Assembly: GCA_027049085.1 (NCBI GenBank)
Contig: JALTVH010000283.1
Coordinates: 1 to 33,757, forward strand
Length of the DNA stretch: 33,757 bases
From: Aquificaceae bacterium
Lineage (GTDB): Bacteria; Aquificota; Aquificia; Aquificales; Aquificaceae
Reading direction: 5' to 3'
Positions 1 to 9,334 of this stretch are shown one piece after another. The notes below the pieces were generated by a model, which was given only the letters and a program-made list of their open reading frames with translations, searched no databases and was not told the DNA's origin. The first letter of the stretch is position 1; each line of letters starts with the position of its first letter. The position numbers and the translations under genes are program-made.

Positions 1-1
1 C

Positions 2-772
2 AACGGTGAAGAGCATGAAGTAGGCGCCATTGTTGTTGCCACTGGCTTTCAGCACTTTGATGCCAAGAGGAAGGGTGAGCTCGGCTACGGCATTTACCCC
101 GACGTTATCACCAACCTTGAGCTTGAGCAGATGTTCTCAAGGGAAGGCAAGCTCTACAGGCCCTCGAACGGCCAGCTCCCCAAAAGAGTTGCCTTTGTGT
201 TCTGTGTAGGCTCAAGGGACAGACAGCTCGGTGTGACAAACGTGCACTGCTGCAGGTATGGATGTGCCCTCTCGGGTCTTCAGGGATCTGAGATAAGGGA
301 GCATTACCCAGAGGTTGATGTTTTCTGCTATTACATGGACGTTAGAACTTACGGAACCTGGGAGTATCCCTTCTACTGGGCACCTCAAGAGAAGTACGGT
401 GTGAGGTACGTAAGGGGAAGGATAGCAGAGATCACCTACAGCCCTCAGGACGGAAGGCTAAGAGTCAAGCATGAAGACACAATAGTTCAGAGACCTGCTG
501 AAATACCCATGGACCTCGTTGTACTTGTTCTGGGTATGGAGCCCTCCGAGGGAACCAAGAAGATAGCCAAGATCCTCGGCCTTGCCCAGGATCCCGACAG
601 CGAATTCCTTGTACCCTCAGAAGAGTCAGGCTCCAACATCCTTTCCAATAAAAACGGCGTATTCATAGCGGGTGCCTGTAAGGGACCTATAGACATTGAG
701 TCTTCCCTTGCGGAGGGAGAAGCGGCAGGTGCGGAAGCAGCAACCTTTATAGGAGCCAAGGTGTCTGCCTGA
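2..772 (+). CDS. hdrA: Sulfur-oxidising heterodisulfide reductase-like flavoprotein subunit A (5' truncated by window)
   Basis: Frame is open from position 2 (NGEEHEVGAIVVATGFQHFDA...ELGYGIYPDVITNLELEQM). HdrA motifs CVGSRD, YYMDVRTYG and GVFIAGACKGPIDI; followed by hdrC/hdrB-like genes. Confidence 0.93.
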   Translation, partial: NGEEHEVGAIVVATGFQHFDAKRKGELGYGIYPDVITNLELEQMFSREGKLYRPSNGQLPKRVAFVFCVGSRDRQLGVTNVHCCRYGCALSGLQGSEIREHYPEVDVFCYYMDVRTYGTWEYPFYWAPQEKYGVRYVRGRIAEITYSPQDGRLRVKHEDTIVQRPAEIPMDLVVLVLGMEPSEGTKKIAKILGLAQDPDSEFLVPSEESGSNILSNKNGVFIAGACKGPIDIESSLAEGEAAGAEAATFIGAKVSA

Positions 773-773
773 T

Positions 774-1541
774 ATGAGTGAAGAGAGGAAGGAAGCCAGC
801 TTTCAGCCAACGACCTTAGATGACGCCCTCATCAGGGACTACCTTGTCAAGATCCTGGGCGAGGGTGAGGACTTTGTCCAGGACTTCTACGCAGAGCTTG
901 AAGAGAAATCTGCACTCTTTCAGGAAAAACTTTCCAAGGAGAGGCTTCCTTCCCTAACAAAAGAGGATCTCGGAACTATCCTTGAGAGGGTCTTCTCTAC
1001 AAGGAGAAAGAAGGACAGGATCATTGAGGAAACGGGAGAGTCCAACCTCAAATCTGCAATAAGCGATCTCCTGTACGGAATGGAAGATAAAAGCTGGGAT
1101 GAAAAGGTTTTTGAGTTCTCCAAGAAGATAAGAGGTGTTGACGTCAAGTCTGCAAGGGACCTTGCATCCGAACTACTTCACTTCACCTTCCCCGACAAAT
1201 ATATTCTCTGGACAAGCTGGATATGGGACCCAACCAGCGAGACAGGAGCCATCGTTTTTCTCAAGGAAGAGCCACCAACAGGCGGAAGGGGAAGGCGTAT
1301 GTACGGGGAGAAGTACGACCAGTTCAAGCAGATTTACGAGCAGATAGCTGAGAAACTGGAGGAGTTCGGGATCAAAGTTAAGGGATACCTTTTCGTTGAC
1401 ATCTTCCTTGCCATGATATACGCCACTTACGTTGATTACATGACCCTCTCAACCATGCACAGTGCCAAGGGGTTCTTTCCCCCTGCAGGTGTTATGGCTA
1501 AGAGACTTCTGGGTGTTAATGCACCCGTTGAGTTCACCTGA
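774..1541 (+). CDS. Conserved hypothetical protein of sHdr clusters (sHdrH/Hyp)
   Basis: 255 aa ORF between hdrA and hdrC2, the position of hyp/shdrH in shdrC1B1AHC2B2 clusters; no cofactor motif seen. Assigned mainly by synteny. Confidence 0.8.
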   Translation: MSEERKEASFQPTTLDDALIRDYLVKILGEGEDFVQDFYAELEEKSALFQEKLSKERLPSLTKEDLGTILERVFSTRRKKDRIIEETGESNLKSAISDLLYGMEDKSWDEKVFEFSKKIRGVDVKSARDLASELLHFTFPDKYILWTSWIWDPTSETGAIVFLKEEPPTGGRGRRMYGEKYDQFKQIYEQIAEKLEEFGIKVKGYLFVDIFLAMIYATYVDYMTLSTMHSAKGFFPPAGVMAKRLLGVNAPVEFT

Positions 1542-1554
1542 GGAGGTGTGAGAG

Positions 1555-2316
1555 ATGGCAATTCACGAACGGAGCCTTGTGGAACCCGAAAGGGTTCTAA
1601 GAAAGGAAAGGCTCGTAGTTGATGGTATTGATGTTTCGGGAGACTGGAACCTTATCATTCTTCCAAGGACGATCAACGATTACGACCTTGATTTTTACGA
1701 TGAGGTCATCGCCCAGCCCGAGGGCAAAACCATAGTCAACTGCTACCAGTGCTCATACTGCACAGCTTCTTGTCCTGTTCACAACTACTGGGATGAGCGT
1801 TACAACCCCAGGCACTTCATTTATCTTGCAAGGCTCGGTCTCATAGATGAGCTCCAGAAGCGTGCGGACGTTATGTGGAGATGCGTTTCCTGCCACAAGT
1901 GCACTCACAGGTGTCCAAAGGGCGTTCTCGTTGAAGAGGTTCTCAAAGCTATCCTGAGGGTAATGGCAAAGAAGGGAATAATAGAGGAGTACCCCTCCAA
2001 AAAGTTTGACAAGTTCTTCATGGACAGCGTCTATGAGCACGGAAGGATAGAAGACGGTGAGCTGCTCTTTGGATGGATTGAAAAGCAGGGCTATCAGGTC
2101 GCCAAGGATCCTATTCTTAAGAAGCCCATACCCTTTATGGGCGGTGTTCCCCAGTGGCTAAAGGACCTGGCTATCAAACCAATTAAAAACATGAATATCG
2201 GATTCCTGATACTTAACGCCAAACACATGCTCTTCCACCCAAAGACCAAGAACTGGAACAGGTTCAAGCAGGTCCTCAGAAAAGTTATGGAAGAAGAGGG
2301 CGTCTTTGCCCACTGA
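1555..2316 (+). CDS. hdrC: sHdr iron-sulfur subunit C2
   Basis: Two ferredoxin motifs, CYQCSYCTASCP and CVSCHKCTHRCP; N-terminus MAIHERSLVEP typical of sHdrC2; SD GGAGGTG upstream. Confidence 0.9.
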   Translation: MAIHERSLVEPERVLRKERLVVDGIDVSGDWNLIILPRTINDYDLDFYDEVIAQPEGKTIVNCYQCSYCTASCPVHNYWDERYNPRHFIYLARLGLIDELQKRADVMWRCVSCHKCTHRCPKGVLVEEVLKAILRVMAKKGIIEEYPSKKFDKFFMDSVYEHGRIEDGELLFGWIEKQGYQVAKDPILKKPIPFMGGVPQWLKDLAIKPIKNMNIGFLILNAKHMLFHPKTKNWNRFKQVLRKVMEEEGVFAH

Positions 2317-2332
2317 TCAAGGAGGTGATGAA

Positions 2333-3325
2333 ATGGCGGTAGCACTGCAAATGAGAAAACCGCCTATGGGCGGTATAGGCAAAAGAGTTGCATATTATCC
2401 GGGTTGTTCCCTTGAGGGTGCAGCGAGAGCCTATGACGTTTCCTCAAGAATAGTAGCTAAGGAGCTCGGCCTTGAACTGGACTACCTTGAGGATTACAAC
2501 TGCTGCGGGGCAATGGAAACCAAAAACGTGACCTTCTGGGGCACAATGCTCCTCAACGCAAGAAACATGTCCCTCGCAAAGAAACAGGGCCACAGTGTAA
2601 TAGTTGCACCCTGCAACGGATGTTCCTTTTCTCTCCAGAGGGCAGAGTATTTTCTTGAGACAGACAAAAGTGTCTTTGAGAGGGTTAATTCACTCCTCAA
2701 AGAAGGCGGTGTTGATCCCCTTGACGAGATACCCATGACTTACCACATCCTTGAGTGGTTCTATCACGAGGCAGGTCCCGAGAGAGTCAAGGAAAGGACC
2801 AAAAAGCCCCTCAAAGGGCTTAAGGTAGCCAATTACTACGGCTGTCTCTACACAAGACCCCACTTTTACGCAAGGACATACTCCCATATTGGTGGTCAGG
2901 ATGAGAACGTCCGTCCGAGGATGAGGGATACAGCGGATGACGATGAACACCCCTACTACATGGAGTCCCTCCTTGAGTCAGCAGGAGCAACCAACGTTGA
3001 GTTTGAGCCCATGCACACCCAGTGCTGTGGTGGTCCCCACTCCCTCTCGGACGAGCAGGTTTCCGAAAAGTTTGTCATGATGATCCTTCAGACAGCCAAG
3101 AGGAACGGCGCTGACATCATAGCAACCGAGTGTCCTCTATGCCACGCATCCCTTGAGATGTACAGGCACAGGCTCATGATGAAGGGAGTGCCCGACGTCG
3201 ATGTTCCTGCTGCCTATTTCACCCAGCTCCTTGGAATAGCCTTCGGCTACAGTGCAGGTGACGTAAAGCTCAAGGACAACCTCTCCGATCCCATACCTGT
3301 TCTCAAAAGGCTTGGACTTGTATAA
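2333..3325 (+). CDS. hdrB: sHdr subunit B2 (two CCG domains)
   Basis: YYPGCS...NCCG...PCNGC and YYGCL...QCCG...ECPLC motifs. Start moved from 2306 to ATG 2333, which follows SD GGAGGTG. Confidence 0.92.
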   Translation: MAVALQMRKPPMGGIGKRVAYYPGCSLEGAARAYDVSSRIVAKELGLELDYLEDYNCCGAMETKNVTFWGTMLLNARNMSLAKKQGHSVIVAPCNGCSFSLQRAEYFLETDKSVFERVNSLLKEGGVDPLDEIPMTYHILEWFYHEAGPERVKERTKKPLKGLKVANYYGCLYTRPHFYARTYSHIGGQDENVRPRMRDTADDDEHPYYMESLLESAGATNVEFEPMHTQCCGGPHSLSDEQVSEKFVMMILQTAKRNGADIIATECPLCHASLEMYRHRLMMKGVPDVDVPAAYFTQLLGIAFGYSAGDVKLKDNLSDPIPVLKRLGLV

Positions 3326-3331
3326 TCCGCC

Positions 3332-3736
3332 ATGGAAGAGGAAAAGAAGATAATAATTCTGATGACAAGCGGTCCGCGCACCCCATGGAGGTGCGCAGCG
3401 CCCTTCTACATTGCAGCGCTTATGGCCGCCAACGACGCCAATGTTGAGGTTTTCTTTAACATGGACGGAACCAATCTCGTGCGTAAAGGGATTGCGCAGA
3501 AGATATGCCCCTCAGAGGAAGGAAACTGTTTTTCCCAGAATGGACACAAACCCAAGACCGTGTATGACTTTATGAGGGACGCTAAACTCGCAGGTGTAAA
3601 GTTTTTCTCCTGTAAACAGGCAGTTGATTCCCTTGGACTGACGGAAGAAGATCTCATACCTGAATTGGATGGTGTTGTCCCGGCAAGCGAGTTTGCTATA
3701 CGGGCAATGGAAGCTGACAAGCTTATTGTATTCTGA
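3332..3736 (+). CDS. dsrE: DsrE-family sulfurtransferase (DsrE3-type)
   Basis: DsrE/F fold signature (APFYIAALMAA..VEVFFNMDG..GVKFFSCKQAV) with the conserved Cys; lies between hdrB2 and lbpA. Confidence 0.82.
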   Translation: MEEEKKIIILMTSGPRTPWRCAAPFYIAALMAANDANVEVFFNMDGTNLVRKGIAQKICPSEEGNCFSQNGHKPKTVYDFMRDAKLAGVKFFSCKQAVDSLGLTEEDLIPELDGVVPASEFAIRAMEADKLIVF

Positions 3737-3778
3737 ATGGGATAAAATAATCCTATTCCAATACACGGGAGGTGAAAA

Positions 3779-4225
3779 ATGGCTGAGGTAAACGGTTGCC
3801 AGGTTCCTGAGGACCTTCTCTACCATGTTGATCCTGAGGCTAATGCCTTCACATGGGCAAAGGACAATGGCGACGGGACCTATACCGTAGGATTGACCTC
3901 CGTTGCATCAGCAATGGCAGGGAGGCTTGTTGCCTACACACCCAAGAAAGTGGGTAAGGTGGTAAAAAAGGGCAAAAGCGTGGCAACCATAGAGAGCGGA
4001 AAGTGGGTCGGACCAGTTCCCGCACCCTTTGAAGGGGAGATCGTTGAAGTTAACGATGCCCTGAAAGCGAACCCCGGGCTTGCCAACGACGACCCCTACG
4101 GGGAAGGGTGGATCGTAAAGCTCAAACCCTCAAATCCCGATGAAGTCAACCAGCTGATGAAGGGTCCAGAGGCCGTTGAAGCCCTCAGAAAGGTAGCAGA
4201 GGAGAAGGGGGTAAAGTGCGGTTAA
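3779..4225 (+). CDS. lbpA: Lipoate-binding protein LbpA (GcvH-like) of the sHdr system
   Basis: GcvH fold with lipoyl-Lys motif IESGKWVG and NDDPYGEGW; N- and C-terminal Cys (NGCQ, VKCG) typical of LbpA; sHdr context; SD GGAGGTG. Confidence 0.88.
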   Translation: MAEVNGCQVPEDLLYHVDPEANAFTWAKDNGDGTYTVGLTSVASAMAGRLVAYTPKKVGKVVKKGKSVATIESGKWVGPVPAPFEGEIVEVNDALKANPGLANDDPYGEGWIVKLKPSNPDEVNQLMKGPEAVEALRKVAEEKGVKCG

Positions 4226-5253
4226 TAAACGGGGCTGAAAGCCCCGTCCTTCCAGATATAAAAATTGATCCTTCCTTTGAAAGAGAGTTAAAAAAGGGTC
4301 TCGATCTGAGGTTAAAGCACTTTGGAAGGGAGGTCTTTTTTCACAGTCCCGGCTTCAAGCATTACGAGGTGGACGACTTTTCAATAAAGGGACCACCAAA
4401 ATTCGTTGACATCTCGGTGACAGGCAGGCACTGCGAGCTCATGTGCGACCACTGTGCCAGCAAGATACTCTGGCACATGATACCGGCTACAACTCCCGAG
4501 GAGCTGTGGAAGGTTTGCAGTGACCTTAAAAACAGGGGTGTGGATGGAATTCTCATATCGGGCGGTTCGGACAGGGACGGTTTTGTTCCACTGTGGGATT
4601 TCTTTGACACGATGAGGGCTGTGAAGGAAGAACTCGGGCTCCTCGTTACCTGCCACGTGGGACTCGTTGATGACAAGTTTGTTCAGGGACTTTCCGATGC
4701 AAAGGTAGATGCGGTACTCTTAGATATAATAGGAGATAACGACACTATCAGAGAGGTATATAAACTTCCTCAAAGAAAGGTTGAGGACTATGAAAGGTCC
4801 CTTGAGCTATTGAAGTCCGCCGGATTGAGGATCGTTCCCCACGTTATCATAGGCCTTCATTACGGCAGGATCAAAGGTGAGGTAAAAGCCCTTGAGATGA
4901 TAGCAAGGAACGATCCCTCTGCCCTTGTTCTTGTGGTGGTGATGCCTTACTACGGAAAGGCAAAATTCCAGCTCCTTCCGCCACCCTCTGCGGAAGAGAG
5001 CGCAAAGGTGGTTCTTGAGTCAAGGCTCATGATGCCCACCACTCCGATCATGATAGGCTGTGCAAGGCCTGCCGGGGAAGAGAGGACGAGGTTTGACATC
5101 TATTCCGTCCTTGCTGGGGTGAATGGCATCGCTTTCCCCGCCGAGGGAGTTGTTACCTACAGCAGGGAAATAGGTCTGGAGCCTGTTCTTTCTCCGAGCT
5201 GTTGTTCTACTGTCTTCTACGCACTTGAGGGGCCTGCAGCCTCCGACTCCTGA
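4216..5253 (+). CDS. lipS1: Radical SAM lipoyl synthase subunit LipS1
   Basis: CxxxCxxC (CELMCDHC) plus C-terminal GCARP and SCCS, matching the GC(M/A)R and CC motifs of LipS1; adjacent to lbpA. GTG start is uncertain. Confidence 0.8.
   Translation: MRLINGAESPVLPDIKIDPSFERELKKGLDLRLKHFGREVFFHSPGFKHYEVDDFSIKGPPKFVDISVTGRHCELMCDHCASKILWHMIPATTPEELWKVCSDLKNRGVDGILISGGSDRDGFVPLWDFFDTMRAVKEELGLLVTCHVGLVDDKFVQGLSDAKVDAVLLDIIGDNDTIREVYKLPQRKVEDYERSLELLKSAGLRIVPHVIIGLHYGRIKGEVKALEMIARNDPSALVLVVVMPYYGKAKFQLLPPPSAEESAKVVLESRLMMPTTPIMIGCARPAGEERTRFDIYSVLAGVNGIAFPAEGVVTYSREIGLEPVLSPSCCSTVFYALEGPAASDS
4229..4247 (+). other. Perfect 8-bp GC-rich hairpin directly after the lbpA stop
   Basis: ACGGGGCT-GAA-AGCCCCGT; no U-tract follows. 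Confidence 0.55.
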
Positions 5254-5259
5254 TATAAT
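5251..5259 (+). promoter_or_regulatory. Extended -10 promoter (TGnTATAAT) for a probably leaderless glyA
   Basis: TGATATAAT with 6 nt between it and the glyA ATG at 5266; no SD in between. Confidence 0.65.
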
Positions 5260-5265
5260 TTTTCC

Positions 5266-6552
5266 ATGAAACACCTCCAGAAAACTGATCCCGAAATCTT
5301 TGAAGTAGTAGCAAAGGAGTATGAGAGACAGTTCTACCACCTTGAGATGATCGCCTCGGAAAACTTCACCTCCCTTGCGGTTATGGAAGCGGTTGGAAGC
5401 GTCCTGACTAACAAGTACGCGGAGGGTCTCCCACGTAAGAGGTACTACGGTGGTTGTGAGCTTGTAGACATTGCGGAAGAACTTGCAATAGAAAGGGCTA
5501 AAGCCCTTTACGGGGCAGAACATGCCAACGTCCAGCCCCATTCTGGCTCTCAGGCAAACATGGCTGTTTACATGGCCCTCCTTGAGCCCGGCGACACCAT
5601 TATGGGAATGGACCTTGCCCATGGTGGCCATCTGACCCATGGATCCAAGGTAAACTTCTCTGGCAAGGTTTACAACGTTGTCCATTATGGCGTTGATCCA
5701 GAAACAGAGCTAATAGACTACGATTCTCTCGCAAAGCTGGCAAAAGAGCACAGGCCCAGAATGATCGTTGGAGGCGCATCAGCCTATCCGAGGGTCATTG
5801 ACTGGTCAAGGATGAGGGAGATCGCCGAAGAGGTTGGCGCCTATCTGATGGTTGACATGGCCCACTATGCGGGATTGATCGCTGGTGGTGTTTACCCTAA
5901 CCCTGTACCTTATGCTCACTTTGTAACCTCAACAACCCACAAAACGCTGAGGGGACCCAGAAGCGGTTTTATTCTCTGCAAAGAGGAGTTTGCAAAGCAA
6001 ATTGACAAGTCGGTCTTCCCTGGTATTCAGGGAGGTCCTCTGATGCACGTGATTGCAGGAAAAGCGGTTGCCTTTAAAGAGGCGATGAGTCCAGAGTTCA
6101 GAGATTATGCGGCAAAGGTGGTTGAAAATGCCCGCACCCTTGCGGAAGAACTTGCAAAAAAGGGCTTCAAGATAATAAGCGGAGGAACCGACAGCCATAT
6201 CGTTCTCGTAGATCTCAGAAACAGAAACCTGATGGGAAGGGATGTTGAAAAAGCCTTAGAAAGGGCGGGAATCACAGTAAATAAAAACGCTGTGCCCTTC
6301 GATCCCTTACCGCCAACCAAAACAAGCGGTATCAGGATCGGAACATCAGCCCTCACGACAAGGGGCATGGGTCCAGAGGAGATGAAAAGGATCGCTATGA
6401 TGATCACCGAAGTTGTTGATAATATGGAGGATGATAGAATAATTGAACGGGTTAAACAAGAAGTAATGGATATGTGTGAGCAATTCCCGCTATATCCGGA
6501 ATTGAGGGGGATGATCTATGAGCTTCGTGATAGCAAGGCAGGCAATCTTTGA
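5266..6552 (+). CDS. glyA: Serine hydroxymethyltransferase
   Basis: [23 protein letters not shown] and PLP-lysine motif [11 protein letters not shown]. Confidence 0.98.
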   Translation: MKHLQKTDPEIFEVVAKEYERQFYHLEMIASENFTSLAVMEAVGSVLTNKYAEGLPRKRYYGGCELVDIAEELAIERAKALYGAEHANVQPHSGSQANMAVYMALLEPGDTIMGMDLAHGGHLTHGSKVNFSGKVYNVVHYGVDPETELIDYDSLAKLAKEHRPRMIVGGASAYPRVIDWSRMREIAEEVGAYLMVDMAHYAGLIAGGVYPNPVPYAHFVTSTTHKTLRGPRSGFILCKEEFAKQIDKSVFPGIQGGPLMHVIAGKAVAFKEAMSPEFRDYAAKVVENARTLAEELAKKGFKIISGGTDSHIVLVDLRNRNLMGRDVEKALERAGITVNKNAVPFDPLPPTKTSGIRIGTSALTTRGMGPEEMKRIAMMITEVVDNMEDDRIIERVKQEVMDMCEQFPLYPELRGMIYELRDSKAGNL

Positions 6553-7753
6553 CCAGAACCAGGAGGTAATAGGATACGAGGTTTACCTGAGAAAGTCCGA
6601 GGATCTTGACCACTACCCCGAAGATGTTCCATTCAACAAGGCAACCTTTATAGTAGCAGAGCTAATAGCTGAAATAGGTATGCAAAAGGTAGCTGAAGGC
6701 AAGAAGGTCTTTATGAATGTCACCCTTGACTCCATTCTAAACAAGGTCCTTGACCTTCTTACCCCGGAAAAGATGGTATTTGAACTGATTCCCTCAAAGG
6801 TTGAGCTTGGACAGTCAATTTATCAGAATGTCCTAAAGAGAATAGACGAGCTTAAAGGAAATGGGGCTGAGATATCTCTTCATGAAGGGCTTTACTCCTC
6901 AAAATACATAGATCTCCTTGAAAGATCCAACATCATAGAGATGACTGCAGAGAACCTTGAGGAGAACCGAATACTAGGTGCCAAAAGGAATCAGAAAAAG
7001 GTACTCATATCAAAGATTGAGGATGAATCCCAGTATGCAAAGGCAAAAGCCCTTGCCGATTACTTTGAAGGGAATTACCTTCAGAGGCCATCAGTAATCA
7101 AAGAATTTGAGATAGCTCCCTTCCTCAAAACAACCCTTCTGAGAATGATAAGCGCCCTTAACACAGCCCTGAGCATCAGAGACTTTGCCAATATAATATC
7201 CAGCGACGTAGGTATGTCCGCAAAGCTGCTTAGGTTCGTTAACTCAGCCTATTTTGCCCATCGTAAAGAGATCAAGGACATCATTCAGGCATGTTCCTAC
7301 CTTGGAATGGAAAACCTTAAAAAGTTTACTCTCCTCGTTGCAACCAACGATTATGTGACCGTTGAAAATCCCGAACTCTGGAAAAAGTCCCTTGTCAGAG
7401 CAACCATTGCGGAAGAGATAGCAAGGAAACTCAAACCGGATCTGGCAAATGAAGCCTACCTTGTAGGACTCTTTTCTCTGATAGATGAGATCCTTAACGT
7501 TGATAAGGTGGAGTTTCTCAAAGAGGTGAATGTGGATCAGATAATAATTGACACCTTCACAGGAAACAACCCGCTCCTTGAAGAGATCCTGAACACCTCA
7601 ATAGTTCTTGAAAATGCGATCCTGGAAGGGGATGAAGAAAAAATTAACAAGGTGGTTTCAGAGGTTTCCGAGAAAGTAGGGATTGAAAGCTACAAACTCA
7701 AAAACAAACTCCTTGATGCCCTAACAAAAGCGGAAGAGGTGCTCAAGCTTTAG
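6518..7753 (+). CDS. EAL-like plus HDOD domain protein (YuxH/PdeH-like architecture), EAL degenerate
   Basis: N-terminal ARQAIFD..GYEVYLR; C-terminal HDOD features ([35 protein letters not shown]). Confidence 0.8.
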   Translation: MSFVIARQAIFDQNQEVIGYEVYLRKSEDLDHYPEDVPFNKATFIVAELIAEIGMQKVAEGKKVFMNVTLDSILNKVLDLLTPEKMVFELIPSKVELGQSIYQNVLKRIDELKGNGAEISLHEGLYSSKYIDLLERSNIIEMTAENLEENRILGAKRNQKKVLISKIEDESQYAKAKALADYFEGNYLQRPSVIKEFEIAPFLKTTLLRMISALNTALSIRDFANIISSDVGMSAKLLRFVNSAYFAHRKEIKDIIQACSYLGMENLKKFTLLVATNDYVTVENPELWKKSLVRATIAEEIARKLKPDLANEAYLVGLFSLIDEILNVDKVEFLKEVNVDQIIIDTFTGNNPLLEEILNTSIVLENAILEGDEEKINKVVSEVSEKVGIESYKLKNKLLDALTKAEEVLKL

Positions 7754-8076
7754 GCTTTGGCTACCCCAGCTTCCTTCTCGTAGGGCCAGGAAATGATCCC
7801 ACCGGAGAGGTTATAGGCGTCAAAGCCCATATGGCGAAGGAAGTAGGTTGCAAAGGCACTTCTCTCACCGCTCCTGCAGTAAACAATGTACTTTTTATCC
7901 TTTGGAAGCTCGTTGAATTTGAACCTCAGGTCGTCCATAGGGATGAGCTCTGAGCCAGGGATTCTGACCTGCATGTGCTCGGGTGGTGTCCTCACATCTA
8001 AAAGAACAACCTTATCCCCTTCCTTCTCAAGTATGTCTTTTGCTTCCTCTGGTGAAACCTCAGGTACATTGAACAT
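7750..8076 (-). CDS. Single-domain rhodanese/sulfurtransferase
   Basis: [13 protein letters not shown], active-site loop [17 protein letters not shown]. Confidence 0.9.
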   Translation of the reverse strand: MFNVPEVSPEEAKDILEKEGDKVVLLDVRTPPEHMQVRIPGSELIPMDDLRFKFNELPKDKKYIVYCRSGERSAFATYFLRHMGFDAYNLSGGIISWPYEKEAGVAKA

Positions 8077-8449
8077 CTTGATCCTCCATTGAGTGTTTTA
8101 CTGAAACGATCCTGTTGTTTTCATCAACATAAACGAGGGTCGGCTCATAATCCTCCAGATCCGACTCCTCATAATCCGCATAAGAGGCGATTATAATAAG
8201 GTCGCCTCTGTCACCAAGCCTTGCTGCTGCACCGTTGAGCCTCACCTCACCGGAAAAACGAGGAGCTGGAATGACGTAAGTTGTGAAGCGGGCACCGGTA
8301 TTTATGTTGTAGACGTCGATCTTCTCAAAGGGTCTGAGGTCTCCGGCGATCATCAGCTCCTCATCAAGGGAAAGGCTCCCCTCGTAGTGGAGTTCAGATC
8401 CCGTTACCGTCAGTCTGTGAATTTTGGATTTGAGCATCTGCCTCCTCAA
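8060..8449 (-). CDS. panD: Aspartate 1-decarboxylase proenzyme
   Basis: With the TTG start at 8449 (after AGGAGG) the conserved K9, H11 and G24-S25 cleavage site (YEG/S) fall at canonical positions; RFTTYVI, LNGAAAR. Confidence 0.96.
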   Translation of the reverse strand: MRRQMLKSKIHRLTVTGSELHYEGSLSLDEELMIAGDLRPFEKIDVYNINTGARFTTYVIPAPRFSGEVRLNGAAARLGDRGDLIIIASYADYEESDLEDYEPTLVYVDENNRIVSVKHSMEDQDVQCT

Positions 8450-8500
8450 ACCTTCCACCTCCTGACAGGATTAATAATATAAGAAATCTCTTATAAATTT

Positions 8501-9334
8501 CTACTCCCAAAGGGATGGACTCATTAAACTCCTCAGCGAAGAGGGAAACTTGACCTTTTCACCAAACATCTCTCTGAGTCTCAGGGCGTTAACAACAGCC
8601 TTTGCTCTGTAGTGGTTGTTGAAGAAAACGTAGGTAACCGAACCATCAAAGGTTCTGATCAGTTTGTCCCTCATCTCTTTTAGTTCCTCATCCGAGTACA
8701 GGTAGTTGTACCTGCTTGAGGAAGTTTCGCCTTCATACCACTGCTCAATGTTTCGCCCGTGAAGCCTGACATAATTTATCGCACCAACCATCCTCCAGGG
8801 ACCCACAAAGATCCCGGGAAGACGAGGCGCATCAACATTTGCAACGGAAAAGCCCATGACCTCAAGGTCCATCAAAACCTCACTCTTGAGGAAAGACCTG
8901 TTTCTTGGCTCTATTACTTTGTCAAAACCTGAAAAATCCTCTGAGAGTCTGAGGAGGTATTCCCTCGACTCATCGTTCCAGTGAAAGGATTGAGGAAACT
9001 GAAAAAGAATGCAGATGAATCGCTCGCTTTCTACAAGAGGCTCAAGGGTGTACTGGAATCTCTCAACATCCTCGGCGGTGTAGCTCCTCTCATGGGTAAA
9101 TACTGAGGGCGCCTTTACAGAAAACTCAAGCCTCCTGGTTTTATCTAAAAAAGCTATTATCTGCTCCCGGCTGGGCATTCTGTAAAAGCTGAAGTTCAGC
9201 TCAAGGACATCAAAAAACTTTTCGTAATAAAGGATCATTTCAGAGTGGTGAATAGAGTTAGGATAGAAAACCCCTTTCCAGTCTGTGTATGAAAAGCCGC
9301 TACAGCCTATGCGGAAGTTTGAGAAGCTCTTCAC
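8501..9334 (-). CDS. DUF72 (YecE-like) protein
   Basis: [59 protein letters not shown]; GTGA overlap with the atpA stop. Confidence 0.9.
   Translation of the reverse strand: MKSFSNFRIGCSGFSYTDWKGVFYPNSIHHSEMILYYEKFFDVLELNFSFYRMPSREQIIAFLDKTRRLEFSVKAPSVFTHERSYTAEDVERFQYTLEPLVESERFICILFQFPQSFHWNDESREYLLRLSEDFSGFDKVIEPRNRSFLKSEVLMDLEVMGFSVANVDAPRLPGIFVGPWRMVGAINYVRLHGRNIEQWYEGETSSSRYNYLYSDEELKEMRDKLIRTFDGSVTYVFFNNHYRAKAVVNALRLREMFGEKVKFPSSLRSLMSPSLWE

Noticed and set aside
4216-5253. Biotin synthase or RiPP-maturase call for the radical SAM gene
   Set aside because: GCAR and CC motifs plus lbpA adjacency fit LipS1; no SPASM domain or precursor peptide is visible.
5020-5685. 221 aa antisense ORF, and similar shadow ORFs (e.g. 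24612-25076, 30049-30627, 21861-22268, 32117-32539)
   Set aside because: They lie opposite well-conserved genes, lack recognisable motifs, and are expected from codon bias.
3779-6552. GcvH-like gene near glyA suggesting a glycine cleavage/one-carbon cluster
   Set aside because: The protein has LbpA features and sHdr context, no gcvT/gcvP are present, and glyA appears to have its own promoter.
7750-8076. Rhodanese as part of the sHdr sulfur-relay cluster
   Set aside because: Opposite strand, separated by two unrelated genes and overlapping panD; a link is possible but unsupported here.
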